DNA of 64,000 bases from positions 210,733 to 274,732 of the forward strand of contig JACIYJ010000003.1 of assembly GCA_014360015.1 (NCBI GenBank), given 5' to 3'. The notes below the pieces were generated by a model, which did no database searches, had not been told where the DNA came from, and saw only the letters and a program-made list of their open reading frames with translations. Below, piece after piece: positions 42,766 through 52,441 of the stretch (positions are counted from its first letter, which is position 1; every line of letters begins with the position of its first letter). Source of the stretch: Candidatus Aminicenantes bacterium. Its GTDB lineage: Bacteria > Acidobacteriota > Aminicenantia > Aminicenantales > Saccharicenantaceae. Both the position numbers and the translations under genes were made by a program.

Positions 42766-43746
42766 ATGAGCGGAAGCAACTTTGTTAAAGAAATCAGAGA
42801 AAAAGCAGCTAAAAAATATTTAAAAATCGCCTTCCCGGATGCCGAAGATATCCGCACCCTAAAGGCTTCAAGAACTATCATCGAAGAAAAGATTGGCCGG
42901 CCCATCCTGGTTGGTAATCCTGAAAACATCAAAAAAATCGCGGCCGAAAACAATGTTAAAATCGATGACATTGAAATCGTTGATCCTCTAACTTCAGAGT
43001 GGAAAGAAGAATTCGCCAATCATATTTATGAAAGACGTAAAGCCAAGGGTCTAACCTTAGAGCAGGCTACTGAGCTTACGAAAAATCCGCTCTACTTTGC
43101 CGGCTGTATGCTGGCTAAAGATAAAGTTGGGGCGGTAGTGGGCGGAAATATTTCTTCTACTGGCGATGTCATCAGAGCCGCTCTTTACACCGTGGGCACA
43201 GCTCCTGGCATTCAGACTGTTTCCAGCTACTTCATCATGGTCTTCCCTGATAAGCTCCTTTGTTATGCCGACTGCGCTGTTGTTCCTGACCCAACTGATG
43301 TCCAGCTGGCTGACATTGCCATCACTTCAGCTAGGAACTTCCAGGCCGTAACTGGAATCGAACCGCGGGTGGCTATGCTGTCTTTCTCCACCAAGGGTTC
43401 AGCCACTCATCCCCATGTGGATAAAGTCATCAGCGCCACTAAAATCGCTAAGGAAAAAGCTCCGGACTTGCTGATTGATGGCGAAATGCAGGCTGACGCC
43501 GCCCTGGTTCCGGCTGTGGGCGAAAGAAAGTGCAAAGGCTCGCCAGTGGCCGGCAAAGCCAACGTGCTCATTTTCCCTGACCTTGATGCTGGAAACATCG
43601 GCTACAAGCTGACGGAAAGGCTGGCCGGGGCTGAAGCCATCGGACCTATCGTTCAGGGCCTGCAGAAACCGTACTGCGACCTGAGCCGCGGCTGCTCGGC
43701 CGATGATATGGTCAACGTGGCCGCTATCTGCAGCCTGATGGCCTGA
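42766..43746 (+). CDS. pta: Phosphate acetyltransferase (short PTA_PTB form)
   Basis: 326 aa. IAFPDAED..., [16 protein letters not shown] and [15 protein letters not shown] motifs. Starts 19 nt after ackA. Confidence 0.93.
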   Translation: MSGSNFVKEIREKAAKKYLKIAFPDAEDIRTLKASRTIIEEKIGRPILVGNPENIKKIAAENNVKIDDIEIVDPLTSEWKEEFANHIYERRKAKGLTLEQATELTKNPLYFAGCMLAKDKVGAVVGGNISSTGDVIRAALYTVGTAPGIQTVSSYFIMVFPDKLLCYADCAVVPDPTDVQLADIAITSARNFQAVTGIEPRVAMLSFSTKGSATHPHVDKVISATKIAKEKAPDLLIDGEMQADAALVPAVGERKCKGSPVAGKANVLIFPDLDAGNIGYKLTERLAGAEAIGPIVQGLQKPYCDLSRGCSADDMVNVAAICSLMA

Positions 43747-43930
43747 GGAAAGTTGAATAAATAACCTCCTAATCCCGAAGGGAATAAGCGGCAGGGTCTG
43801 AAGGAAATTATTTCTTCATTTGTCAGTGCGGCTTTCATTTCGGTTGGCTTAATTAAGGCTGGTAAGAAAAGAAGAGTTGCCGCGAGTTAAGGGATATTCG
43901 TGAATTTCTCCCTGAATTTTTTTCTTTTTT

Positions 43931-45076
43931 TCATTTCAGCTCGAGCAGGTCGATTCTTTTAATCCGTAATATCTTACCATCGACTTCGGCCCAGTACCCG
44001 TTGCGAATTATTTCGGGCCTTCTTTTCTTACCTTCAGAAAGAGATTTATCCGAGTTCATCATGAGCTTATCATCCAATTCTCCCGATTTCCCTTGGAACT
44101 GAATCTTATAAGCTTTCATTTGATTTGCGTCCCACTTATTTTCTTTAACCTTAGGAATCCTGAATAGCTTCTCACCTGAAATGAAACAGAGGCTATCATC
44201 ATCATCAAGAAAAGCCCTGAATATATGGATAATCCGATACCAGTCATCATACTTGTTTCCTTCCCTTAAGCCTTCCTGGCTAAAAATTATTCTGCCTGTT
44301 TTCCAGGATATCAACAACAGGCCATATTTTGATCTTTCTTTTTTGGGAACTTCTAAATCATAATAGCTTACAATAATCAGATCATTATTTAAAAACTCCG
44401 CTTTCTGGATATTCCCGCCGATATCGCTTATTTGCCAAATTTTCTGCCCGTCTTGATATCTGCCCAGCAGTAAAGAGTTACCAAAACCCATTATGTATAG
44501 AGAATCCACGCCAACAGGTAAAAAACAAAATCCGGGATCGATTTTAAACCGCCCTTTGGGGACAGTTATTGGACCGAAGCGAAATTTTTCTCTTCCGGTT
44601 TTAAGGTCAATCACGGAAACCGGAAGTGAGCTGATCCCTCTTCCTGGAGATAGGGCTAATTCATTTCCGAAAAGGTCGGCGATAAAATCTCTATCTCCAA
44701 GATAGGGATCTTCAAACCTTGCCTGAACCTTACCCTGCAGGTCGAGAAGATAATACTGGTTATTTTCCGTGAGCAAAATCTTATCTCCCGGGACGAAGCC
44801 AAAAAACCAACCACCTGGTTCTAATATTCTGTCAAATAACGGCCTCCCCGCTGGGCTGAAGACCTGAAGATATGTCTTCGGACTTTCCCATCCGATCGTT
44901 TCCTCCGGAAGATCCGGGACATAATAAATAGCAACGCCGCCCGATTTAGATAGGTCAAATGTTTTAGGAGTCCATCCTGAAGGTATTCTGACCTCGAATA
45001 TTTTATCTATCTGATCAGCTAGAGCCAAATTAAATAAAACAGACAATAATAAGAATGATAAAAGATTCCTTTTCAT
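43931..45076 (-). CDS. Secreted hypothetical protein (possibly beta-propeller-like)
   Basis: Clear signal peptide (MKRNLLSFLLLSVLFNLALA). I recognise no motifs. GC is lower than in the flanks. Confidence 0.5.
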   Translation of the reverse strand: MKRNLLSFLLLSVLFNLALADQIDKIFEVRIPSGWTPKTFDLSKSGGVAIYYVPDLPEETIGWESPKTYLQVFSPAGRPLFDRILEPGGWFFGFVPGDKILLTENNQYYLLDLQGKVQARFEDPYLGDRDFIADLFGNELALSPGRGISSLPVSVIDLKTGREKFRFGPITVPKGRFKIDPGFCFLPVGVDSLYIMGFGNSLLLGRYQDGQKIWQISDIGGNIQKAEFLNNDLIIVSYYDLEVPKKERSKYGLLLISWKTGRIIFSQEGLREGNKYDDWYRIIHIFRAFLDDDDSLCFISGEKLFRIPKVKENKWDANQMKAYKIQFQGKSGELDDKLMMNSDKSLSEGKKRRPEIIRNGYWAEVDGKILRIKRIDLLELK

Positions 45077-45101
45077 TTTCCTCCCTCCTTCCCATACTCA
45101 A

Positions 45102-45785
45102 TTAACAATCTCCAAGTAATTCCAGAGGATCTATGTAACTATTTCTAATCTCCGTTGAAACTGACAGATGAAGATGCGGACCAGAAGAATTTCCTGAGTT
45201 ATCAACATATCCTATTATGGAAAGTCCACAGTTTACACCTTGTCCCTCATAGAGTTGCAAGAGATTTTCTTCATCTTCTGCCAGATGGCAATAAGTCCAG
45301 TACATACCTCTGTTATCCCTTATCTTTATATAATAACCATTCCACTGATTGTATCCGATTTCAACGATTTCACCGTTGACCGCACTAATTACAGGTTTAC
45401 CATCTATATCTATTGAAGTTATATCGATTCCATTATGGATTTTATCGCCCCTTTCCTCTCCGAAATAAGATCTTATGAACAGCCCTGAAGAATCCATAAT
45501 TAGGTATGACCAGCAATCCACGATGCCATCAGCATCAGAATCCCTGCTACCTGCTGAGCTATTTCCCGGGACTCCTCCTGAACTGCCGCCTAATCCACCG
45601 CTCCCATCACCCTCATAGATATCTCCAGGCTCTAATAAATAAGCAGCAAAAGTATAATCCCGGCAAACATATTCAACCTCTTCTCGTTCTGTTCTGTTTC
45701 CAAATTCATCTTCAGCAATAATTATATAAGTCATTGGACTACAAAAGGTATAGGAAAGGAGTTGACCTACTAGAATGGGCTTCAT
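45102..45785 (-). CDS. M23-family peptidoglycan metalloendopeptidase domain protein
   Basis: HNGIDI (HxxxD) and GPHLHLSV (HxH) motifs sit in the C-terminal half, after a G/S-rich linker. I prefer ATG 45785 (MKPILVG..). The ORF remains open to 45896. Confidence 0.75.
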   Translation of the reverse strand: MKPILVGQLLSYTFCSPMTYIIIAEDEFGNRTEREEVEYVCRDYTFAAYLLEPGDIYEGDGSGGLGGSSGGVPGNSSAGSRDSDADGIVDCWSYLIMDSSGLFIRSYFGEERGDKIHNGIDITSIDIDGKPVISAVNGEIVEIGYNQWNGYYIKIRDNRGMYWTYCHLAEDEENLLQLYEGQGVNCGLSIIGYVDNSGNSSGPHLHLSVSTEIRNSYIDPLELLGDC

Positions 45786-45940
45786 AAGTTTTATCCTGAA
45801 TTTTTTTTCATTGCAAGGGTACAAGATAAAGGGGATAGAGGTAGAAGGTGAAGAGATGTTGGTGGGGGGGGTAGAGTTAAAGCAGAGGACAGGCATATGT
45901 CATGTGTGGAGGAAGAGGACGATACGGTTGCATCAGTAAT

Positions 45941-46167
45941 ATGGGGAACGCAAAATATGCCATAAGATGGTTGGCAAGTTTAGAATATTTCAACCACAGA
46001 ACCACCAAAGCCTACACAGAAGAAGCTCACACAAAATGAAATTAATCAAAAGACTGAGCTACGGATACAGAAATGAGGAAGCATATATCAAAAACTCTGC
46101 TTTTTACTCATCCACACAACTCCGCACCAAAATATTTCTACCGCTTCTCAAATTAGAACCATCCTAA
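45941..46167 (+). mobile_element. ISL3-family transposase C-terminal remnant, frameshifted (pseudogene fragment)
   Basis: Two adjacent frames read ..AIRWLASLEYFNHRTTKAYTEEAHTK* and KMKLIKRLSYGYRNEEAYIKN.. These resemble the ISL3 C-terminal signature ..TN..tEG.NnKIK.lKR.aYGFR..e.F..ki. A 1 nt shift in ACAAAATG joins the two frames. No N-terminal part or inverted repeats were seen. Confidence 0.6.
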
Positions 46168-46193
46168 ACCTGACAAAGCCTTATAAGCGCCAT

Positions 46194-46841
46194 TTATAAT
46201 AATCGTTTTATTTTGTCTAAAACATCGATATTATGTATTAATTTCTTTTTATCTTTAGCAGTCGTAAAAATAATAAAAACATCGCCGCCTTGCTCTTTTT
46301 TAAATTTATCATGGGTACGCTCTAACCATTCGCGCCATTTATGTACCTCAGGCAATTGTTCATATGTCAACGGCTTAATCTGAAGACCGATAAGTTTATC
46401 TGAAGTCTTTATATAAAAATCCACGTTATAAAGCCTATCCCATTTATCGGGCGCTGGATGTATTTTTACGCCAAGCACATTTTCAAGATATCCATAAATT
46501 GTTTTAACCTCGTTTTGATAACCTTCATATGTTCTATTGATTAATAGATTTCTGATATAATCCACACAATCAGCTTCGGTAACCTCGTTAATTTCGGCGC
46601 TCAGAGTTTCACTAATTTTTATATATAGCTTCTGGCCTAGATGCTTTATATATTCATCTGGAGCAAATCTCATTCCTTTTTCTTCCAAAAAATCCCTTAA
46701 CTTTTGAAAATAATAATTTTCCCAATCTGAGATAGACTTCGGATGGCACTCTCTTATCCATAGTGCTACTGGACCTACATTATTTTTCTTATTGAGCCCC
46801 CACCTATTTGTAGCAATGTTCAATATCCATTCCTTAGCCAA
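46194..46841 (-). CDS. Putative Type II restriction endonuclease (PD-(D/E)XK-like)
   Basis: 215 aa. TTG start overlapping the methylase stop by 8 nt. Candidate catalytic motif VDFYI...GLQIKP (D...(E/Q)xK). GC is very low. The call rests mainly on context plus this motif. Confidence 0.55.
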   Translation of the reverse strand: MAKEWILNIATNRWGLNKKNNVGPVALWIRECHPKSISDWENYYFQKLRDFLEEKGMRFAPDEYIKHLGQKLYIKISETLSAEINEVTEADCVDYIRNLLINRTYEGYQNEVKTIYGYLENVLGVKIHPAPDKWDRLYNVDFYIKTSDKLIGLQIKPLTYEQLPEVHKWREWLERTHDKFKKEQGGDVFIIFTTAKDKKKLIHNIDVLDKIKRLL

Positions 46842-48096
46842 TAGTTTTCTCCCTTACCGCTGATAAGAATTTTTCCATTTGCTTATGAACCAGAGAAGTA
46901 TCAGGCACAGCCAGACCCGATTTTATCAAATAAAGGTTGATAAAAATTTTATTCTTAAGATAAACATAGCCATTAACTGTATCACTATCTACAGATTGGT
47001 TTTCATTAATTTTTAAAATTATTTCCTTGCCCAGAATGTAGTTTTTCAAATAGTTAAGCGTTTCATCCCTCTTGACCGTTTTCACCCCTAATAACCTTAC
47101 CTTCAATCCGGTATCTAAGCGAAGCGTTTGCTCATCCACAATTTCTACCACCTTGTAAAGTCTTTGCCCTTTGAAATTAAAAAGCTTAGGATCAATTTGT
47201 GGTCTTTCATCCTGTATCGATGGAACATAATCAATATCTTTAAAAATAGCTTCAGTCAGGTCTTCTTTAGCCTCTCGCTCTATAATTCTTATATTGCTGT
47301 GTAACCCAGGTAAAGAATCCGTCAAGCTAAGCTTTTCTTTAATAACTTCCAAAAAATTCTTATTGATTTCATATCCGAAAGCATTCCTCCTTAGCTGAAG
47401 GGCTACCTTAGCGGTTGTTCCACTACCCAAAAATGGGTCTAAAATATTATCATCGACAAAGGAAAACATCTTAATCAGCCTTCTTGGCAATTCGTCTGGA
47501 AACATAGCCTCATGATCTATTTGCTTAGCCCCTTTGAACGCCCAGTGTCCAACGAAATATTCCTTCCACTCTTCCTTGGTTAGCTTTGAAGCTTCTTTGA
47601 TTTCTCTTGAAACTTTCTTTGTTGTGCCCGGCTTTTTGAAAATATGAATATACTCATAATCAAGCTCTACAATTCCATTAGGTGGGTATGGGAAAGATCC
47701 CATAACATTAGCCCCGCCTGTAGTGTTCATCGTGGTTTTCTTCTGCCAAATAATTGAACCCATAAAATCAAATCCAATCTTCTCACACTGGGAAATTATC
47801 TCAGCATGAATAGGAATGACTTTATATCGTCCATAGATTATGGCCCGGGCATACTGATCACCAACATTGATACAGAGCCTGGAACCTGGTCTCAGCACCC
47901 TGAAGCATTCCCTCCAAACCAAATATAAAGACCTTAAATAATCATGAAGGCTCTGTCCATAACCGATTTGACCAGGAATACCGTAATCTTTTATATGCCA
48001 GTAAGGAGGGGAGGTAACAATTAAGTCTATGTACTCATTATTAATTTCTTTCATAGAGCGGCTGTCGCCAATAATAATCAAAGCTTGCTGTTCCAT
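46834..48096 (-). CDS. Beta-class N4/N6 DNA methyltransferase with a C-terminal SNase-like OB-fold domain
   Basis: Motif IV TSPPYW lies near the N-terminus and motif I DPFLGSGTT lies downstream, which is the beta-class order. SPPY favours N4-cytosine specificity. The C-terminal ~120 aa resemble staphylococcal-nuclease-fold proteins (VVEIVDEQTLRL..VRLLGV...YLIKSGLA). Confidence 0.88.
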   Translation of the reverse strand: MEQQALIIIGDSRSMKEINNEYIDLIVTSPPYWHIKDYGIPGQIGYGQSLHDYLRSLYLVWRECFRVLRPGSRLCINVGDQYARAIIYGRYKVIPIHAEIISQCEKIGFDFMGSIIWQKKTTMNTTGGANVMGSFPYPPNGIVELDYEYIHIFKKPGTTKKVSREIKEASKLTKEEWKEYFVGHWAFKGAKQIDHEAMFPDELPRRLIKMFSFVDDNILDPFLGSGTTAKVALQLRRNAFGYEINKNFLEVIKEKLSLTDSLPGLHSNIRIIEREAKEDLTEAIFKDIDYVPSIQDERPQIDPKLFNFKGQRLYKVVEIVDEQTLRLDTGLKVRLLGVKTVKRDETLNYLKNYILGKEIILKINENQSVDSDTVNGYVYLKNKIFINLYLIKSGLAVPDTSLVHKQMEKFLSAVREKTIG

Positions 48097-48374
48097 CTTC
48101 CTGCTTTTATTTTATTAAATTCTTTTCAGTTAATAAAGGCATGTTATGAGAAAGATTGTGTAACATGTAATAAGAAAGACGGATTTTAAGGTGTTAATTC
48201 TCATTTTTTATTATTCAGCCCAAAATAAATATAAGGGAACGCTTTCATGTATACAAACTTAAGCAGACACAGCCAAAAATTCTGATTTTTATTTAACAGT
48301 AGAAATCAAGAGGATTTTTGATAAAATTAACTTTATTGATAATCAGGCAAGCTGGAAAAAGCAGCGATTAAGTT

Positions 48375-50063
48375 ATGATTGAAAAAATTCCAACCAATAT
48401 CCGGCTGAGTCTCATTACCATAATTCTGAGCCTGGCTTCTGGTCTGAGTGCCATCTCTTTTATGGTGTTAGTGAATTTTATTTACTCCAGGACTATTCTG
48501 AGCTTTTCCCTCCATTCTCGTAGTTATTTTCTTTTAGCCAGTCTGGCCGTGGTCTTGTTAACCTCCTTAATTTCCGGACTTCTTCTGAAATTTTTTGCTC
48601 CAGAAGCAGCCGGAAGCGGTATTCCTCAAGTTAAAGCTGCTTACTGGAAAGAAATGGGAAACATAGATCTTAAGGCCGGAATAATCAAATACCTGGCTGG
48701 AGCCATAACTATCGGTGGTGGAACCAGCCTCGGACGAGAAGGCCCGTCAGTCTTTCTGGGTTCAGCCATCGCTACGAATTTATCCGGCCTCTTTGGCTTT
48801 CCCCGCCGGCGGCGCCGTGGGCCGAATGTCATCGGTGCCTCAGCCGGTCTGGCCGCGGCTTTTAATGCACCTTTAGCCTCGATAACTTTCATCATCGAGG
48901 AAATACTGGGCGACCTGAACAGCCGGCATTTAGGCTCAGTCATTCTGGCTTCGGTCTTTGGTGCTTTCGCGGTTCATGCCATCATAGGTCGCCAGCCAGC
49001 TTTCCAGATGGCTTCAGTAGAAAACGTCAGCTGGAATCACTATCTGGTAGTTCCGGTGGCAGCGGCTCTGGCCGCTTTCCTCGGGCTAGTTTTCCAAAAA
49101 TGGACCTTGTTTTTAAGGGCTGAGTTCCGCCGCCACCGCACCATCCCCCTCTGGGCTAAGCCGATGTTCGGTGGGCTGACGACCTGGCTAATTGGAGTGA
49201 GCATTTTTATCTTAACAGGAAAACTGGGGGTGTTCGGCCTTGGCTACCAGGATCTGTCAGCTATCCTGAGGAACGATTTCCCCTGGAAGGTAGCCGGCTT
49301 ACTGGTTCTGGGTAAGCTGGTGGCTACTACAATCAGCTATGCTTCGGGCGGCTGCGGCGGTATTTTCGCACCGACTCTTTTTCTTGGTGGAATGACTGGT
49401 TTTTTCACCGCCGGACTTTTTTCTAAGTGGATAGCACTACAGCCATCCGATCATATAGTCCTGGCCGCGGTCGGAATGACTGCCTGTCTCGGAACGGTGG
49501 TCCGGGCTCCCCTAACCTCATTGCTAATCGTTTTTGAGATGACCCACCAGTTCGAGCTGGTGCCGGGGCTTCTGCTCGGAACTTTAATCAGCCAGGGAAT
49601 AGCCCGGCTGGCCGGGCACCTTAATTTTTATGAAGCCCTTCTGGTCCAGGATGGACATGAGTTGCATAAAATCAAACCACCTCTGGACCTGAGGAGCTGG
49701 CAAAACTTGCCCGTTTCAGCCATCGCCAATTATCGACCGGTGGTTATCAATTCCTTAGAAAAAGAAGACCTCCAAAAGGTTTTTGAGAAATTTCCCTATA
49801 ACAATTTCCCGGTGGTAAAAGATGGGCAGGTAGCTGGAATAGTCAACAGGGAAAACATCAAAAAATACTTAAACGGTCAGGGAGCCTTAGAAATCTGGCC
49901 GTCAGCCTTTTGTTATGAAGATGAATCACTCAAAGAAATAGGAAATCGCTTTCTGGATAGTCCGGCCAACCTTCTTCTGGTAAAAAGAAGATCAGATGAC
50001 CAGCTCGTAGCTCTGGTCACTTTGCATGACCTAATCAGAGCTCAAACTTCAATAGAAGAATAA
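48375..50063 (+). CDS. ClC-family chloride channel/H+-Cl- antiporter with C-terminal CBS pair
   Basis: GSGIPQ, GREGP and GGIFAP selectivity-filter motifs, with a CBS-like C-terminus. Confidence 0.9.
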   Translation: MIEKIPTNIRLSLITIILSLASGLSAISFMVLVNFIYSRTILSFSLHSRSYFLLASLAVVLLTSLISGLLLKFFAPEAAGSGIPQVKAAYWKEMGNIDLKAGIIKYLAGAITIGGGTSLGREGPSVFLGSAIATNLSGLFGFPRRRRRGPNVIGASAGLAAAFNAPLASITFIIEEILGDLNSRHLGSVILASVFGAFAVHAIIGRQPAFQMASVENVSWNHYLVVPVAAALAAFLGLVFQKWTLFLRAEFRRHRTIPLWAKPMFGGLTTWLIGVSIFILTGKLGVFGLGYQDLSAILRNDFPWKVAGLLVLGKLVATTISYASGGCGGIFAPTLFLGGMTGFFTAGLFSKWIALQPSDHIVLAAVGMTACLGTVVRAPLTSLLIVFEMTHQFELVPGLLLGTLISQGIARLAGHLNFYEALLVQDGHELHKIKPPLDLRSWQNLPVSAIANYRPVVINSLEKEDLQKVFEKFPYNNFPVVKDGQVAGIVNRENIKKYLNGQGALEIWPSAFCYEDESLKEIGNRFLDSPANLLLVKRRSDDQLVALVTLHDLIRAQTSIEE

Positions 50064-50122
50064 AACTACTTCGGCCCGCACCAAAATTGGTGAGAAATTC
50101 CGGCGCTTGATAATTTCACCGG

Positions 50123-51043
50123 TTAATTTCGGGCACTTCTTTTGGTAGAAATCAGCGAGGCCAAGCCAATGGAATAAAATTTGGATTCCTCGGTGTCTCC
50201 GCGTGAAGTCAAAACGCACGGGACTTTAGCGCCCACGACATTAGCTGCCAGTTTGGCTCCAGCCAGAATAGCGCAGGCTTTATAAAACACGTTGCCGGCT
50301 TCAATGTTGGGGAAAATCAAGATGTCGGCTTCCCCAGCTCCATCGCCTTTAAATCCTTTGATAGCCGCACTTTCCTTAGAAATAGCAATATCCACTCCCA
50401 CCGGACCTTCCACTTTGGCCCCTTTAATCTGGCCTCTTTCGGCCATAACCTTAATCAGGGCTGCATCAATGCTGGAGGGAACCTTTTGGTTGACAATTTC
50501 GGCTGAACTCACCAGATAGGCATAAGGCGTTTCAATTTCCAGGGCATGAGCCACTTCGATGGCGTACTCAAGAATCTTCACCTTTTGTTCCATATCCGGA
50601 AGCACCAGCACGGCCACATCGGAGAGAATGAGCAGCTTCGGGTAGGTGGGAATTTCCATTACGGTCACGTGGGAAAGCAGGCCGCCGGGCGGAACCAGCC
50701 CATTTTCTTTGTCCAGAATGGCTCTCATATAATCGGCGGTGGTCACCAGCCCTTTCATTAGGATGTCAGCCTCGCCTTCTCGGGCCATTTTCACCGCTAA
50801 CTTCAAAGCTTTTTTCTGATCCGGCTCGTCGATGATTTTAGAAAAAACGGAAGATACTCCATGTTCCCCTGCCACCTGCTCAATTTTCTTCTGGTTACCC
50901 ACCATGATGACTTCAACCAGCCCTTCGCCCTGAGCTTTAGCTACAGCTTCAATGGTGTGCGGGTCCTCGCCGCAGGCCACCACCAGCCTCTTTTTAGGAT
51001 AACCTTTAACTGCCGTTATTATTTCATCTAACTTCTTTATCAT
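50123..51043 (-). CDS. ptb: Phosphate butyryltransferase
   Basis: PTA_PTB-family protein of about 306 aa (..AVACGEDPHTIEAV.., ILIFPNIEAGNVFYK). The start MIKKLDEI has a GGGAGG SD and lies 1 nt after the buk stop. Confidence 0.85.
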   Translation of the reverse strand: MIKKLDEIITAVKGYPKKRLVVACGEDPHTIEAVAKAQGEGLVEVIMVGNQKKIEQVAGEHGVSSVFSKIIDEPDQKKALKLAVKMAREGEADILMKGLVTTADYMRAILDKENGLVPPGGLLSHVTVMEIPTYPKLLILSDVAVLVLPDMEQKVKILEYAIEVAHALEIETPYAYLVSSAEIVNQKVPSSIDAALIKVMAERGQIKGAKVEGPVGVDIAISKESAAIKGFKGDGAGEADILIFPNIEAGNVFYKACAILAGAKLAANVVGAKVPCVLTSRGDTEESKFYSIGLASLISTKRSARN

Positions 51044-51044
51044 A

Positions 51045-52133
51045 TTAAACCTCCCTGATTTCATTTTCGTAAATCCTGGCTTTTTCTTCGCCTTTTAAAA
51101 CTCTTAAAGCGCCTTCAAGCAGGGCTCGCATTTCATCTTCTCCGGGATAGATATAGACGGGCGCGATAAACTCGCACCGCTCTTTTATCAGGTCCACAAA
51201 ATAGCGATAATAAGCCAGGCCGCCGGTAAGGACTACCGCATCAACCTTACCTTCAAGCACTGTAGCCATCGCGCCAACCCATTTGGCCACATTATAAGCC
51301 ATAGCCTGGATGATTAAAGTGGCTTTAGGGTCACCATTTTTGACCATTTCCTCCACCGCCCTCATGTCATTGGTGCCCAGATGAGCGACGATTCCACCTT
51401 TTCCGGCAAGGAGCTTTTTTATTTCAGCCTTGGTATATTTCCCAGAAAAGCAAAGCTCAACCAGGTCTACGGCCGGAAGGCTCCCGGCTCTTTCAGGAGC
51501 AAATGGTCCGTCGCCGTTGAGGGCGTTGTTTACATCGACCACCTTTCCTTTTTTGTGAGCACCAACACTTATCCCTCCGCCGAGATGGACAACTATCAGG
51601 TTTAATTCTTCATATGGTTTCCCTAAGTCCCTGGCTGCCTGGCGGGCCACTTTCTTTTGATTCAGGGCATGGAGAATGCTCCTTCTTCTGATGAAGGGTA
51701 AGCCAGTTATCCTGGCAATTTCTTCCATTTCATCAACCACCACCGGGTCCACGATAAAAGCCGGAATATGGAGTTCGCGGGCGATACTGTCAGCAATCAT
51801 GGCTCCTAAGTTGGAGGCATGTTCTCCCTGGACCTCAGCTTTTAAGTCCTCAAGCATCTTTTCCGTTACGGCATAGGTTCCGCTGGGAATCGGTCGCAGC
51901 AGACCACCCCGGCCAACTACAGCACTGAGAGATTCCTTTGGTATTCCGGCCCTGGCCAGCTCTTTCATTATCATTTCTTTCCTGAACTCGAACTGATCAA
52001 TAATCTTGGGGTATTTCTGAATTTCCTCGAGCGGATGGGAAATATTGACCTTAAAAATTTCGTTTTCATCATCAAAAACAGCAATCTTGGTTGAAGTAGA
52101 ACCTGGATTTATAACTAAAATTCTCCACGGCAT
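51045..52133 (-). CDS. buk: Butyrate kinase
   Basis: [17 protein letters not shown]-terminus and [11 protein letters not shown]; acetate/propionate/butyrate kinase family, of the length typical of Buk. Confidence 0.92.
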   Translation of the reverse strand: MPWRILVINPGSTSTKIAVFDDENEIFKVNISHPLEEIQKYPKIIDQFEFRKEMIMKELARAGIPKESLSAVVGRGGLLRPIPSGTYAVTEKMLEDLKAEVQGEHASNLGAMIADSIARELHIPAFIVDPVVVDEMEEIARITGLPFIRRRSILHALNQKKVARQAARDLGKPYEELNLIVVHLGGGISVGAHKKGKVVDVNNALNGDGPFAPERAGSLPAVDLVELCFSGKYTKAEIKKLLAGKGGIVAHLGTNDMRAVEEMVKNGDPKATLIIQAMAYNVAKWVGAMATVLEGKVDAVVLTGGLAYYRYFVDLIKERCEFIAPVYIYPGEDEMRALLEGALRVLKGEEKARIYENEIREV

Positions 52134-52441
52134 TATAACCTCCCTATGATGGCAAATATAGTATCTATCAGGCTATTACCCCGCTGAACAATTGAAGGTT
52201 TTGCCTGAATTAAGAGATTTTATTATAAACGATGCAAGGAAAAAAATAAAAGGGTTAAAGGGTTAAAATATTTTTGTCCACATTTTAATAACAGTAAGCT
52301 AATTTACAACGAACCAACCTCAGCTATTAAAAAATCTTTTAGATGAAAACAAAATACTTGACATCTCTTTTTTTTATTTTATTTTTATATGCAGGAAGGA
52401 GATGATGAGAGTAAAATCTAAAAAATGAAAGGGGGGTCAGC

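Noticed and set aside
45786-45896. 37-codon N-terminal extension of the M23 ORF
   Set aside because: The translation is Pro/Ser/Thr-rich and unlike a signal peptide, and the first ATG has no SD. The internal ATG at 45785 is the more plausible start, though this is unresolved.
46194-48096. Assigning a recognition sequence (e.g. CTAG, MjaI-like) to the R-M pair
   Set aside because: I have only a vague recollection that similar small endonucleases belong to a CTAG-specific family. CTAG does occur in the window, including inside the R gene at about 46640, so I cannot support the specificity from the sequence.
52402-52428. 8-codon mini-ORF (MMRVKSKK*) preceded by AGGAAGGAG, as a possible leader peptide for the cassette
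   Set aside because: The SD-like sequence abuts the ATG with 0-3 nt spacing, which is too short for efficient initiation. I have no conservation evidence. It is noted only as a possibility.
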